Source: Candidatus Thalassarchaeum sp. (GTDB taxonomy: Archaea; Thermoplasmatota; Poseidoniia; Poseidoniales; Thalassarchaeaceae). From it: a stretch of 64,000 nucleotides of DNA. The stretch spans positions 44,413 to 108,412 of the forward strand of contig JAKUOA010000006.1 in the NCBI GenBank assembly GCA_022451235.1, given 5' to 3'. Of this stretch, positions 1-10,109 are shown in pieces; the first letter of the stretch is position 1, and each line of letters begins with the position of its first letter. The notes below the pieces were generated by a model, which had not been told where the DNA came from, made no database searches, and saw nothing but the letters and a program-made list of their open reading frames with translations. A program made the translations under genes and the position numbers.

Positions 1-684
1 GCCGATCAGATATTGCCCGAAGAAAATCCGAGTAATGCACATTGGTTGCACATCGTCCGCACGACGGAAACCGTTCAAGAAGCCATAGACGCAATGCAAG
101 GCACTCCTTGGGGGAGATGTCTAGCAAAATTAGATGCAGATACATCTCTAACCGAGATGGAGGATGCTTTGGATAGACAGTACTTTACTGATTCACTCGC
201 AGCATCCCGAGGCAAAGAAGGAAGCCCTCAATTAATCAGATATCTGCAAATCGAAATAGATCACAGGAACATCGTGAACCAGTTCAGAGCACTGAGACAA
301 AACTTGTCTACTGAAACACGTGAGAAAATCAATATCTCAGGTGGAAAAATTGCGGATGCTGTAATCAGGGCTGCTTCACAGGCAGATACAGAGGAGGCTT
401 TGCTCGATGCTCTCAGTCGTTCGAACTCTTTCGACGATTCAGGCTTCGATGAGGCTCTACAAGAATCAGCGGAGCGTTCAACGCTTGACCCGCTGGTCAA
501 CTTACTAAGGCTAAAGAGATTGAAGATGCTTAGGAGATTTTCATACCTCAATCCTGTCTCTGCGTTCCCTGTGATTTACTATATTCAAGCCAAGGTTCTG
601 GAAGTTCAGAACTTACGCCTACTCGTGCGCGGTAAGGCGGCAGGCCTCTCCGATGAGGTCATTGAAGCGCACTTATACATCTGA
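1..684 (+). CDS. atpC: A-type (A1A0) ATP synthase subunit C, C-terminal part; ORF is open to the window edge
   Basis: The reading frame is open from nt 1, so the TTG listed at 13 is not a true start. A 9-nt gap follows before the next gene, with the SD-like tgaggtgaaaaaATG. It lies directly upstream of atpF-atpA-atpB-atpD. Assignment rests on operon position and size, not on a diagnostic motif. Confidence 0.55.
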   Translation, partial: ADQILPEENPSNAHWLHIVRTTETVQEAIDAMQGTPWGRCLAKLDADTSLTEMEDALDRQYFTDSLAASRGKEGSPQLIRYLQIEIDHRNIVNQFRALRQNLSTETREKINISGGKIADAVIRAASQADTEEALLDALSRSNSFDDSGFDEALQESAERSTLDPLVNLLRLKRLKMLRRFSYLNPVSAFPVIYYIQAKVLEVQNLRLLVRGKAAGLSDEVIEAHLYI

Positions 685-693
685 GGTGAAAAA

Positions 694-993
694 ATGGATA
701 TCGCAGTAGTCGGGACACCAGAATTCACCCTCGGATTCCAACTCGCTGGCGTAACCCGCCTGCACAATCCAGCAGATTTAGAGGAGACAGCAAATGTACT
801 CCGAAGTCTGATGGATACACCCGAGGTCGGTATTGTCGTAATCGACAGCTCCGACCTCACACAGATGCCAGAGAAGTTGAGATTTCAACTCTCAGAGAGC
901 ATCACGCCCACAGTATTGGGTATTGGGACAGAGGAGGATAACACCCTTCGCGAGTCCATTAAGTCGGCTCTAGGAGTTGACCTATGGAAGTAA
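694..993 (+). CDS. atpF: A-type ATP synthase subunit F
   Basis: A 99-aa protein, [20 protein letters not shown]..., of typical V/A-ATPase F subunit length. It has the N-terminal GxxExxxGFxLAG pattern. It sits between atpC and atpA and overlaps the atpA start region. Confidence 0.75.
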   Translation: MDIAVVGTPEFTLGFQLAGVTRLHNPADLEETANVLRSLMDTPEVGIVVIDSSDLTQMPEKLRFQLSESITPTVLGIGTEEDNTLRESIKSALGVDLWK

Positions 994-2764
994 TTCCAGA
1001 AAAAGAAAAGGAAGTGAAAAAATGAGTGAGGAAAAGGGATTGATTTATCGCATTTCAGGACCAGTAGTTACCGCTGTAGGTATTACCCCAAGAATGTATG
1101 AGGTTGTACGAGTCGGTGATGAAGGACTGATGGGTGAAGTCATTGAATTGCACGGAGACCAATCGGTTATCCAGGTCTACGAGGAAACATCGGGTATCAA
1201 GCCAGGTGAGCCTGTAGTCAGAACGGGGCAGACTCTGTCTGTTCAGCTCGGTCCGGGTCTGCTTACGCAGATTTACGACGGAATCCAGCGACCGCTGGAG
1301 GACCTCGAGGAGACTATGGGCGCCTTCATCACACGTGGTGTAGATGCTGATGGTTTAGATCTCAAGAAGAAGTGGGAGTTCAATGCTACCGCTTCGAAAG
1401 GAGATGAGGTAAACGCGGGTCATGTAATAGGAACAGTACAAGAAACTGAGACCATCGAACATCGAGTGATGGTGCCACCAGGAAAGAGTGGTACAATCAA
1501 GAGTATCAAATCGGGTAAATTCGATGTCACTCAGACTGTTTGTACTCTCGATGATGGTACGGAAATTGCCATGATGCAAGAATGGCCGGTTCGAACACCG
1601 CGTCCATTCGTTCGAAAGTACGCACCGGATGTTCCACTAATCACAGGTCAGAGGATCCTCGACTTCCTTTTCCCTCTGGCTAAGGGTGGTACCGCTGGTA
1701 TCCCTGGACCATTCGGAAGTGGTAAGACCGTTACCCAACAACAGTTGGCTAAGTGGTCTGACGCTCAAATCGTTGTTTACATTGGATGCGGTGAGCGAGG
1801 AAACGAGATGACTGAGGTACTTACTGAGTTCCCTCACTTAATCGACCCGCACACAGGAAAGCCTCTGATGAACAGAACCACGATGATTGCAAACACATCC
1901 AATATGCCTGTCGCAGCTCGTGAGGCTTCAGTATATACTGGAATTACTATCGCGGAATACTTCCGAGATATGGGATACGATGTTGCTCTAATGGCTGATT
2001 CAACAAGCCGCTGGGCAGAAGCAATGCGTGAGATTTCTTCTCGACTTGAAGAGATGCCTGGTGAGGAAGGTTACCCTGCTTACTTATCCAGCCGACTGGC
2101 TGAATTCTATGAGCGCGCAGGTCGTGTTCAGACTCTCGCTGGAGATGACGGATCTGTATCAGTTATCGGAGCGGTATCACCTCCTGGTGGTGACATATCC
2201 GAGCCGGTCAGCCAAGGTACACTACGTATCGTCAAGGTGTTCTGGGGACTTGATGCAGGTCTCGCTCGTCAGCGACACTTCCCTGCGATTAACTGGCTGA
2301 GTTCATACTCGCTTTACCCACAGGCATTGGACCAGTGGTATCGCGACAATATCGCCAGCGATTTCCCCGAGATTCGTACTGAAATCAGTGCTCTATTGCA
2401 GGTTGAAGCCGAGTTGCAAGAAATTGTCCAACTGGTCGGTTCCGATGCTCTACCAATCGACCAGCAATTAACTCTCGAAGTTGCTCGTATGATTCGTGAG
2501 TTCTTCCTTCAACAAAACGCGTTTCACGATGTGGATACTTACAGCAATCTCAAGCTACAATATACAATGGCTAGAGCGATTCTAGCATTCCAAGATGAAG
2601 CAAAGAAGGCTATTGCTGGTGGTGCAGACCTAGAATCAGTGGTTAACGTACAGGCTAGGACCGACATCATGAGGGGAAGATTCGAAGAAGGATACGAAGA
2701 TCGTATCGAGAAACTAGTGAAAGAAATGGGCAAGCAGATTTCTGCTACCATGGAGGAGAACTGA
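977..2764 (+). CDS. atpA: A-type ATP synthase catalytic subunit A. The true start is probably ATG 1022 ([16 protein letters not shown]), preceded by ggaagtgaaaaaATG.
   Basis: It has the P-loop GPFGSGKTV. The non-homologous insert region typical of A/V-type A subunits is present. The length and the ISGPVV N-terminus are characteristic. Confidence 0.95.
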   Translation: MTYGSNSRKRKGSEKMSEEKGLIYRISGPVVTAVGITPRMYEVVRVGDEGLMGEVIELHGDQSVIQVYEETSGIKPGEPVVRTGQTLSVQLGPGLLTQIYDGIQRPLEDLEETMGAFITRGVDADGLDLKKKWEFNATASKGDEVNAGHVIGTVQETETIEHRVMVPPGKSGTIKSIKSGKFDVTQTVCTLDDGTEIAMMQEWPVRTPRPFVRKYAPDVPLITGQRILDFLFPLAKGGTAGIPGPFGSGKTVTQQQLAKWSDAQIVVYIGCGERGNEMTEVLTEFPHLIDPHTGKPLMNRTTMIANTSNMPVAAREASVYTGITIAEYFRDMGYDVALMADSTSRWAEAMREISSRLEEMPGEEGYPAYLSSRLAEFYERAGRVQTLAGDDGSVSVIGAVSPPGGDISEPVSQGTLRIVKVFWGLDAGLARQRHFPAINWLSSYSLYPQALDQWYRDNIASDFPEIRTEISALLQVEAELQEIVQLVGSDALPIDQQLTLEVARMIREFFLQQNAFHDVDTYSNLKLQYTMARAILAFQDEAKKAIAGGADLESVVNVQARTDIMRGRFEEGYEDRIEKLVKEMGKQISATMEEN

Positions 2765-2776
2765 GGAGGGATATGA

Positions 2777-4162
2777 ATGAGTGGAAAAGAGTACCGAACC
2801 ATTACTGACGTCAAGGGGCCGCTTGTGTTCCTAAACAAAACCGAACCTGTAGCTTACGGTGAAATTGTACAGTTGCGACTTTCCGATGGCACCATGAAGA
2901 ACGGACAGGTTCTCGATACATCCGATGACCAAGTTATCGTACAGGTTTTCGAAGGAACATCTTCGGTTGATCGACAAACCGGTGTTAAGTTCCTAGGCGA
3001 TGTATTCCGCCTACCTGTTAGCAAAGACCTAGTAGGTCGTATTCTAGACGGTGCGGGCCGACCTCGTGATGGTGGACCAGCAATCGTTCCTGACGAAATG
3101 GCCGATATCATCGGAGCTGCAATTAATCCATACTCTCGTGAAAGCCCAGAGTCATTTATCCAGACTGGAATTTCCGCAATCGACGCATGTACATCTCTTG
3201 TTAGAGGACAAAAGCTGCCTATCTTCAGCGCTGCTGGTCTTCCTCACAACGACATTGCACTTCAGATTGCTAGGCAAGCAAAGCTGGTCGGCAGTGACGA
3301 CGATTTCGTCGTAGTTTTCTGTGCTATGGGTATCACAGCGGAGGAGTACAACTTCTTCGTCCATGATCTTGAGCGAACAGGTGCATTGGAAAATTCAGCG
3401 CTGTTCGTCAACTTAGCCGACGACCCAGCAGTTGAGCGTCTGATTACACCACGTCTAGCATTGACTGCCGCTGAGTATCTTGCTTTCGAGCATGATTATC
3501 ACGTACTGGTTATCTACACAGACATGACAAACTACTGTGAGTCTTTGAGACAAATCGGTGCCGCCCGTGAAGAAGTTCCTGGACGACGCGGTTACCCTGG
3601 ATACATGTACACTGACTTGGCAATGCTCTACGAGCGCGCAGGTTTGGTCAAGGGTAAGAAAGGAAGTATCACACAATTCCCTATCCTAACTATGCCTGGT
3701 GACGATATTACTCACCCAATTCCTGACCTTTCAGGATATATTACAGAGGGTCAGATTGTTATTTCACGTGAATTGCATCAGAAGGGTATCTATCCTCCGA
3801 TTAACGTTCTACCTTCGCTAAGTCGACTAATGAACGCTGGTATTGGTGATGGCAAGACTCGTGAAGATCACAAGTCGGTATCCGACCAGTTGTACGCTGC
3901 TTACGCTCAAGGTAAGGAATTGCGAGGACTGGTTGCGATTGTCGGTGAAGATGCATTGAATGAGCGTGACCTTCAGTTGCTGAAGTTCGCTGATATATTC
4001 GAAAATGAGTTCTTGCGGCAGAGCCGCGATGAAGACCGATCAATCGGTGAAGGTACACTCGATCTTGCTTGGAATCTGCTAACCAATATCGACACGAAGT
4101 ATCTCGTTCGACTAGATCAGAAGTGGATTGACAAGTACCATCCAACAGAGAAAAAGGAGTAA
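2777..4162 (+). CDS. atpB: A-type ATP synthase subunit B (regulatory)
   Basis: A 461-aa protein with the SD gaggaggg 8 nt upstream. It has the typical A/V-ATPase B N-terminus ([14 protein letters not shown]) and the [15 protein letters not shown] segment. Confidence 0.95.
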   Translation: MSGKEYRTITDVKGPLVFLNKTEPVAYGEIVQLRLSDGTMKNGQVLDTSDDQVIVQVFEGTSSVDRQTGVKFLGDVFRLPVSKDLVGRILDGAGRPRDGGPAIVPDEMADIIGAAINPYSRESPESFIQTGISAIDACTSLVRGQKLPIFSAAGLPHNDIALQIARQAKLVGSDDDFVVVFCAMGITAEEYNFFVHDLERTGALENSALFVNLADDPAVERLITPRLALTAAEYLAFEHDYHVLVIYTDMTNYCESLRQIGAAREEVPGRRGYPGYMYTDLAMLYERAGLVKGKKGSITQFPILTMPGDDITHPIPDLSGYITEGQIVISRELHQKGIYPPINVLPSLSRLMNAGIGDGKTREDHKSVSDQLYAAYAQGKELRGLVAIVGEDALNERDLQLLKFADIFENEFLRQSRDEDRSIGEGTLDLAWNLLTNIDTKYLVRLDQKWIDKYHPTEKKE

Positions 4163-4195
4163 ACTCTCGAAATAAGTCGATGAGGAGGTGAAAAA

Positions 4196-4813
4196 ATGGC
4201 ATTGGACATAAAACCAACCAGGTCCGAGCTAATCAACCTCAAGCGACGCATCAAGCAGACATCTAGTGGATACAATCTACTGAAGATGAAGCGTGACGGA
4301 TTGTTTCACGAGTTCCGAACTCTGTTGTCTGATATGATTAGTGCAAGAGAGGAACTCGTCGGCACTTATCGCGAAGCGGTAGAAGCTATCAGTTTAGCAA
4401 GTGCAATCGAAGGCGGACTTGTTGTAAAGAGTGCAGCCATTGCTAACTCGGCCTCACCGGAAGTTGAAGTTAGTCGCCGAAATATCATGGGAGTTGTAGT
4501 TCCTCAGGTAGAAGGGCAGAATCTAACCTCGACAATCGAAGAACGCGGCACAGGTCTAATCGGTGGTTCTCCATATATTGACGAGGCAGCAGATGCCTAC
4601 TCCTCACTAATTGCCAATATAGTCAAAGCCGCCGAGATGGAGGCTACTTTGAAGCGACTTCTAGAAGAAATCGAAGCAACCAAGCGCCGTGTCAACGCAC
4701 TTGAGTTCAAGGTTATTCCAGAGATGAAAGAAGCGCAGACTTTCATCCAACTCAGATTGGAAGAAATGGAGCGTGAAGAGACCTTCCGCTTGAAGCGATT
4801 CAAGAATAAGTGA
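4196..4813 (+). CDS. atpD: A-type ATP synthase subunit D
   Basis: A 205-aa coiled-coil protein, MALDIKPTRSELINLKRRIK..., typical of V/A-ATPase D. It has the strong SD ggaggtgaaaaaATG and is the last gene of the atp cluster in this window. Confidence 0.85.
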   Translation: MALDIKPTRSELINLKRRIKQTSSGYNLLKMKRDGLFHEFRTLLSDMISAREELVGTYREAVEAISLASAIEGGLVVKSAAIANSASPEVEVSRRNIMGVVVPQVEGQNLTSTIEERGTGLIGGSPYIDEAADAYSSLIANIVKAAEMEATLKRLLEEIEATKRRVNALEFKVIPEMKEAQTFIQLRLEEMEREETFRLKRFKNK

Positions 4814-4889
4814 GAGCATCTTTGTATCACGGTTTGCGCATTACGCGGTTTGATAGGTGGGTGCATGAGTTCGCAACCACCAAAGGTGG

Positions 4890-7343
4890 TTGCGTAGTAT
4901 GTCGGAAGCCGAAGCAATCATCCTCGATCACTCGGCTTGGAGCCAGCAAGAATTGCTCCTCCACATCATCCATCGCTACTTCGATTTAGGTAACGAAGTG
5001 ATGGCCGGGCAGGCTTGGGAGGTAAGGGCAAAAAGTGGTAGAAGCGACTCAGAGGCGTTAATCCAACTCAACAAGGAACTGGAGCCCTTAGGCTATCTTT
5101 CGATGCTAGACAGGGGCAATCCGCCCATACTTAGCATCGCTAATTATCCGGAAGGTCAGCAAATTATTGCAAATTGGCAATTATCTGCTGTTTGGCTAAT
5201 GATGGCCGGCTTCCTTACTATGATTGGTAGCGCTTGGCTAATGCAGTTCGATTCAAGCGCTACCGCACTCGATTCGAATTTACTGCAAGAATCTATGATT
5301 TACTTGGCTATTCCAATGATATTCGTCTTGGCCTTGGCTAGCGAAGTTCGCAGAAGAATTGCCCTACAATATGGAGTTAAAATAGGTCATGTTGTGCCGA
5401 TAGCCTTCCCTATTTTGGCCGTTAGTTGGCCTTTTGGTTTGGCTGGTGTGTTGAGTCAACATAGAGCTGATTTACTTCCAATACCCAACCGAAGGGCTCT
5501 TGCGATGATCGAATTAGCGGCCCCTCTCACCCTATTCTTCGGTGGAAGTTTACTAACTCTCATCGGTTTGCATTTAACTCCTCTGGAGCCTCCTGAATTA
5601 TCCTCTGCACCTATTGGTTTTGACAATAATGTCCTAATCTCAATCCTAACATTAGATTGGATTGGAGATGATTTGCTCATCAAATTACAATGGATTCATC
5701 TTACTGGTCTTGCTGGAATCGGCCTCACTCTAATCGGTTGGACTCTGTTGTTACCTATTCCAGGATTTCCTGGCGACCGAATATTGCATGCTTTAATCGG
5801 TCCTGCCGAGATGTCCGATTCAAACCGCCAAACAGGAATATTCATTCTAATGCTCGGTGCAATGGTGATAATCTTTGCAAATACCGAGTATATGCCTTGG
5901 CTGTTGATTGCAGCTTTGGCGGCTATGCGCCGTTTCAGTCCAGAGAATTCTCCTCCACCACTGGTTATTGACGAGTCAATAGTTCCTTCTAACAAGGAAC
6001 GCAGTAGATTTGTCATGCTTCTTGTATTCGTTCTAATTTTGGGATTCCCTGGATTGAACCCTTCCTTTGCAATCAACCAATGGGACGAAGGCTTGGACAC
6101 CTCTGGATGGGTTGATGAGATCGAACTTAACTTCTCAGAATCCTACAATCTAACTCTAGAGTTAACTCCAGAAGGAATCAATCCGGTCTCCGGATGGATA
6201 CAGATTAGACTGGAGGGGGAATACTCCCAATTATGGGATATAAATTCCTCTAAGTTGAACGAAGATAGAATCTACAGGTTTGATCAGGTGACTCAAAATT
6301 CACCCGACGACCTAAGTCTGACAATAACTCCTCTGAATATAGCTCAAAATAATCCAAACCTAGCTCCTGACGCCTCTATGTGGTTGAGAATTCTAGTTGA
6401 TGTCGAAGGTCATATCGAAGAGCATCTAACGGTTCTGAGAAATTCTGCAACAACCTCTCCAATAGATCCTCTTTGGTTACTGATTGAGGATACTGAGACT
6501 CCAAGAATTTGTATGAGTATTCAGAAGGTGGATAATAGGACTGCGTCTTTAGTTCTAACAAATCCATTTTGGGAGTTTGAGAACGACACTAACCTGACTC
6601 AACCAGGCCTTTACGACGTTTGTCTAAGAGGCTACGAAGGTGCATTGCAATCATCACAATACAAAGATGAATTTAGAAGAGTCATGGGTCCAGCACTGGC
6701 ACTAGATTTCGAAGATGGCGAGAGGGTGACGTGGTGGTTGCCAGTGGATGGAACCGAAGCCAAATTACAGATTTCTGATGGCGCTTGGCAAATGCCGGAT
6801 TGGTACTCAGCAAATACAGATTATACGATAACTTTCGGTGCTCAAGGAAATGCATTTTGTCCATCAACTACAATAATGCCTGAGATGGAAATTGGGGATA
6901 GTTGGAATTGGACCTTTTCCGACCGTTCTTCCATTAGAATTCCAGCCGGTCAATTAGGTTCGGGAACTCTATACTTCGGTTCTAGTGGTTGGTTAGCCTT
7001 CTGTAAGGAAGGAGTAATGCTACGTTCGTATATGGTCATCGAGGGAGATGATGTAATTTTAGACGGAGGAGATATCGGGATGCATTTGGCTTTCCCCGAA
7101 TACATAATCTCTAATCGCATGAACAAGACAATTCCGATTACCGTAAGTTGGACTGGAGATTCACCCGAAGCAGATGTTTGGACAGTCTCTATACCGGACG
7201 AAATCTCTCCAAACTCAGATTTGATGGTGCTTCTGGAGACTGCAGGTACAACCGCTTTGTATCGAGCGGTTTGGGTAACCGTAGATGAGGGTGAAATCAC
7301 AGTTAACCTAGCCGCTCGGTGTCCAGTTGATGGGTGTGAATAG
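4890..7343 (+). CDS. Polytopic membrane protein homologous to site-2 protease (peptidase M50) with the HExxH replaced. Likely a pseudoprotease with a large extracytoplasmic C-terminal domain.
   Basis: The segment FVLALASEVRRRIALQYGVKIG aligns to the M50 signature hhHE[LF]GHxxxARxxGVKV, but reads S-E-V-R-R where H-E-x-x-H is expected. The second M50 motif is retained as LLLPIPGFPGDRILHALIG (NxxPxxxLDG-like). No HExxH occurs anywhere in the ORF. The C-terminal roughly 450 aa carry many NxS/T sequons (NFSESYNLT, NRTASL, NDTNLT, NWTFSD, NKTIPIT). Confidence 0.5.
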   Translation: MRSMSEAEAIILDHSAWSQQELLLHIIHRYFDLGNEVMAGQAWEVRAKSGRSDSEALIQLNKELEPLGYLSMLDRGNPPILSIANYPEGQQIIANWQLSAVWLMMAGFLTMIGSAWLMQFDSSATALDSNLLQESMIYLAIPMIFVLALASEVRRRIALQYGVKIGHVVPIAFPILAVSWPFGLAGVLSQHRADLLPIPNRRALAMIELAAPLTLFFGGSLLTLIGLHLTPLEPPELSSAPIGFDNNVLISILTLDWIGDDLLIKLQWIHLTGLAGIGLTLIGWTLLLPIPGFPGDRILHALIGPAEMSDSNRQTGIFILMLGAMVIIFANTEYMPWLLIAALAAMRRFSPENSPPPLVIDESIVPSNKERSRFVMLLVFVLILGFPGLNPSFAINQWDEGLDTSGWVDEIELNFSESYNLTLELTPEGINPVSGWIQIRLEGEYSQLWDINSSKLNEDRIYRFDQVTQNSPDDLSLTITPLNIAQNNPNLAPDASMWLRILVDVEGHIEEHLTVLRNSATTSPIDPLWLLIEDTETPRICMSIQKVDNRTASLVLTNPFWEFENDTNLTQPGLYDVCLRGYEGALQSSQYKDEFRRVMGPALALDFEDGERVTWWLPVDGTEAKLQISDGAWQMPDWYSANTDYTITFGAQGNAFCPSTTIMPEMEIGDSWNWTFSDRSSIRIPAGQLGSGTLYFGSSGWLAFCKEGVMLRSYMVIEGDDVILDGGDIGMHLAFPEYIISNRMNKTIPITVSWTGDSPEADVWTVSIPDEISPNSDLMVLLETAGTTALYRAVWVTVDEGEITVNLAARCPVDGCE

Positions 7344-8297
7344 ATGCGAATCGCAGTTCTTGGAGTCGGTTCAATCGGGGGGGTTATTCTCGGCGCTCTT
7401 TCGGATACAGATGCAGATCTTGTGGCAGTATCTCGTGGCCAAGTTGCTAGCAATCTGGAAATGATTGGCTTGATTCTACACACTCCAGAGGGTTCGATAG
7501 AGATGATTCCTCCAGACCGATTTAGTGTCGTCGATAGTCATGAAGGGCCAATTCCTGAACAGATTAGAGGTACTTGTGATGTTGCTATCATATGTGGAAA
7601 GGCCTCCTCAACTTCTGTTTTAGCGCAAATCGCTGAAGAAGTTCTAACTCCAAATGGACTCGCAATCAGTATACAGAATGGTCTTGGTCACTCAGAGATG
7701 TTGGCTCATCGTTTAGGTAGGGAAAGAATACTTGGGGGTTCGATTACTCATGGTGCTTGGAAGGATGGTGAATCAGGAATTCATTGGGTAGGTCGAGGAG
7801 CCATTCGAATGGGCAACCTCGATGGAGGAGGTGCCGCCGAGGTGGCCTTATCTCTAATGCAAGTATTTGAGGATGCAAACCTCAATCCGATATGGTCCGA
7901 TGATGTACAAAACATAGTATGGAGAAAGCTACTGTTGAATGTTGCAATCAATCCAGTCTGTGCGATTGCTGGAGTTAGAAATGGTGCCCTTATCGACGTA
8001 CCCGAACTCTGGGATCAAGCGATGGCCGCTATGCTAGAAGCAGCGGCAGTGGGCAGAGCCTCCGGTGTCGACTTAGGCGATGTGGATTTGGAAGAACACC
8101 TACGAAAGGTGGTCGAGGCAACGTCCGACAATCGTTGCTCGATGTTACAAGATGTGATGGCTGGACGCGCCACAGAAATTGAATCACTTTGCGGTGCTGT
8201 TGTAGAAAGAGGTGAGTCGGTTGGGATTCCAACTCCTGCAAATCAGTCCCTCTATGCATTGGTCAAAGGTATCCAAAGGTCTGGCGAATTCGCCTAA
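7344..8297 (+). CDS. panE: 2-dehydropantoate 2-reductase (ketopantoate reductase, ApbA/PanE family)
   Basis: It has the N-terminal Rossmann motif MRIAVLGVGSIGG. The conserved NGLG motif and LLLNVAINPVCAI are present. The 317-aa length is typical of KPR. Confidence 0.8.
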   Translation: MRIAVLGVGSIGGVILGALSDTDADLVAVSRGQVASNLEMIGLILHTPEGSIEMIPPDRFSVVDSHEGPIPEQIRGTCDVAIICGKASSTSVLAQIAEEVLTPNGLAISIQNGLGHSEMLAHRLGRERILGGSITHGAWKDGESGIHWVGRGAIRMGNLDGGGAAEVALSLMQVFEDANLNPIWSDDVQNIVWRKLLLNVAINPVCAIAGVRNGALIDVPELWDQAMAAMLEAAAVGRASGVDLGDVDLEEHLRKVVEATSDNRCSMLQDVMAGRATEIESLCGAVVERGESVGIPTPANQSLYALVKGIQRSGEFA

Positions 8298-9929
8298 TTA
8301 TTCGCAATCAATATTGTAGTGAAGTCCGACGTTCTTCCTTCTAGCAATCGAGGCTTCGATAACCAGTTCAGCACAAATAATCAGATTACGTAATTCCACC
8401 ATTGCCTGAGTAGGTTTAGTCGCATGCCAGACAGGAACTACATCGGCTCTGATTTGTGTAATCTTCTCTCTGGCTTTTTCTAATCGAGAATCACTCTTGA
8501 CCAAACCAACATCGTTTGTCATCATCATTCTAAGCGCCAATAAATCACTTTGGAGAGTTCCGTGGTCTGCTAACTCCTCAAGATCTTCTCCTCTCCAATA
8601 AGTGATGTCTTCAACGATATCTGGAAGCAATCCATCTTCTGCTCTGGAAATAATATCAGTAGCCGCTCTCTCAGAGTACACTACCGCTTCTAGTAGCGAA
8701 TTGGAAGCGAGGCGGTTAGCGCCATGAAGTCCGGTTCTAGCAACTTCTCCGATAGAGTATAGCCCAGGTAGAACTTTTCCTTCATGCATTGCCCTGCCTT
8801 TCTTGTCAACCTTTACTCCTCCAACAAGATAGTGTGCGGCAGGGCGCACAGGAATAGGATCAGGCCCTAGATCGATTCCATGTTCAGACAATTTATCTGT
8901 AATCGTGGGGAACTCTTGTCGGATTGCCTCAACATCTAGATGTTCAGTTACTAGGAGTACGTGAGAATCTCCACTTCTCTTCAATTCTCTATCAGTGGCT
9001 CTTGCTACGACGTCTCTAGTGTCCAATGAGCCTTTGTCTGAATATCGGTTCATGTAGGATAAATCATCAGGAGAGTCGCCAATCTCCTTCCATTTGTGAT
9101 ATTCGGAACGGGTCATCAAAATCGCCCCATGCCCTCTCATAGCTTCTGTAATCAAAAACGGATTTTGTGAATCGACGGCTAATGCAGTTGGGTGGAATTG
9201 AATGAATTCCATGTCGCATATATCTGCTCCTAATCTATGCGCCATGGCTACACCATCACCTGTGGAAACCATTGGATTTGTAGTTGCAAGATGAAGCATA
9301 CCCGCTCCTCCAGAAGCTAACACAACACAGCGTGATGCCAAGGTGTAGACCTTACCATCTGGGGCTAGGCACCACAAACCTGCAACTCCTTTCTCGGGCT
9401 TATGCAAATCCCGCCTAACAAGATCTAGAACCATCCAGTCCTCTAGAATTCTCAGACCGGATTCGTATTCATCTGCCGCACCTTCAGTCAAGGCCCGCTC
9501 GATTTCGGCTCCAGTTCTATCGCGAGAATGTAATATTCTATGCTCGGAGTGGCCACCTTCCCTGGTTAGATCATACAGACCATCCGCACTCAAATCGAAT
9601 TGCACTCCATGTTTTACCAAATCACGAATCCTATCAGCAGCATCGTACACAACCGAACGCACAACCTCCTCATTACACAAACCTCCTCCTGATGCTAACG
9701 TGTCCTCAACATGAGCCTCTAGAGCCGCCTTGTTATCGATATCGAGAACTCCAGCAATTCCTCCTTGAGCCCAGTTCGTAGATGAGGTTGAGAGGCTCTT
9801 CTTTGTGATGATTGCAACAGAGAGTCCTGCTCGGAAGCAACGCAAGCCAAGAAACAGTCCAGCGATGCCCGAGCCGATAACCGCGACGTCGACTGGCGGC
9901 AAGTCGCGGTTCGGTGCATCCACTGCCAT
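8298..9929 (-). CDS. nadB: L-aspartate oxidase-like FAD flavoprotein (NadB / succinate dehydrogenase flavoprotein family)
   Basis: It has the FAD-binding motif VDVAVIGSGIAGL and the motifs WAQGGIAGV and HGANRLASNSLLE. The 543-aa length fits NadB better than SdhA. Confidence 0.75.
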   Translation of the reverse strand: MAVDAPNRDLPPVDVAVIGSGIAGLFLGLRCFRAGLSVAIITKKSLSTSSTNWAQGGIAGVLDIDNKAALEAHVEDTLASGGGLCNEEVVRSVVYDAADRIRDLVKHGVQFDLSADGLYDLTREGGHSEHRILHSRDRTGAEIERALTEGAADEYESGLRILEDWMVLDLVRRDLHKPEKGVAGLWCLAPDGKVYTLASRCVVLASGGAGMLHLATTNPMVSTGDGVAMAHRLGADICDMEFIQFHPTALAVDSQNPFLITEAMRGHGAILMTRSEYHKWKEIGDSPDDLSYMNRYSDKGSLDTRDVVARATDRELKRSGDSHVLLVTEHLDVEAIRQEFPTITDKLSEHGIDLGPDPIPVRPAAHYLVGGVKVDKKGRAMHEGKVLPGLYSIGEVARTGLHGANRLASNSLLEAVVYSERAATDIISRAEDGLLPDIVEDITYWRGEDLEELADHGTLQSDLLALRMMMTNDVGLVKSDSRLEKAREKITQIRADVVPVWHATKPTQAMVELRNLIICAELVIEASIARRKNVGLHYNIDCE

Positions 9930-10109
9930 GCTGATTCCTCAAACTATCTTGCATTGAAGATAACCATTCTTCACCCACACTTCCGGCTCTTGGTAATAGT
10001 GTCTGCAAACACTCTCCGAACCGCTGTGATGCCTCAACCTTCATAGTCTTGGAAGGGGGCAGGGAAAGAATGACGTCGGGTAAATTCCTTTCGTCATTTA
10101 GGTGATGGG

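Noticed and set aside
13-684. TTG at 13 as the start of a 223-aa protein
   Set aside because: The frame is open back to nt 1. The protein is the C-terminal part of a longer atpC gene truncated by the window edge.
9930-10109. Short inverted repeat AATGACG ... CGTCATT in the nadB/smc divergent region
   Set aside because: It is only a 7-bp inverted repeat with a 16-nt spacer. It is within chance expectation for a 180-bp AT-moderate region and has no second copy elsewhere.
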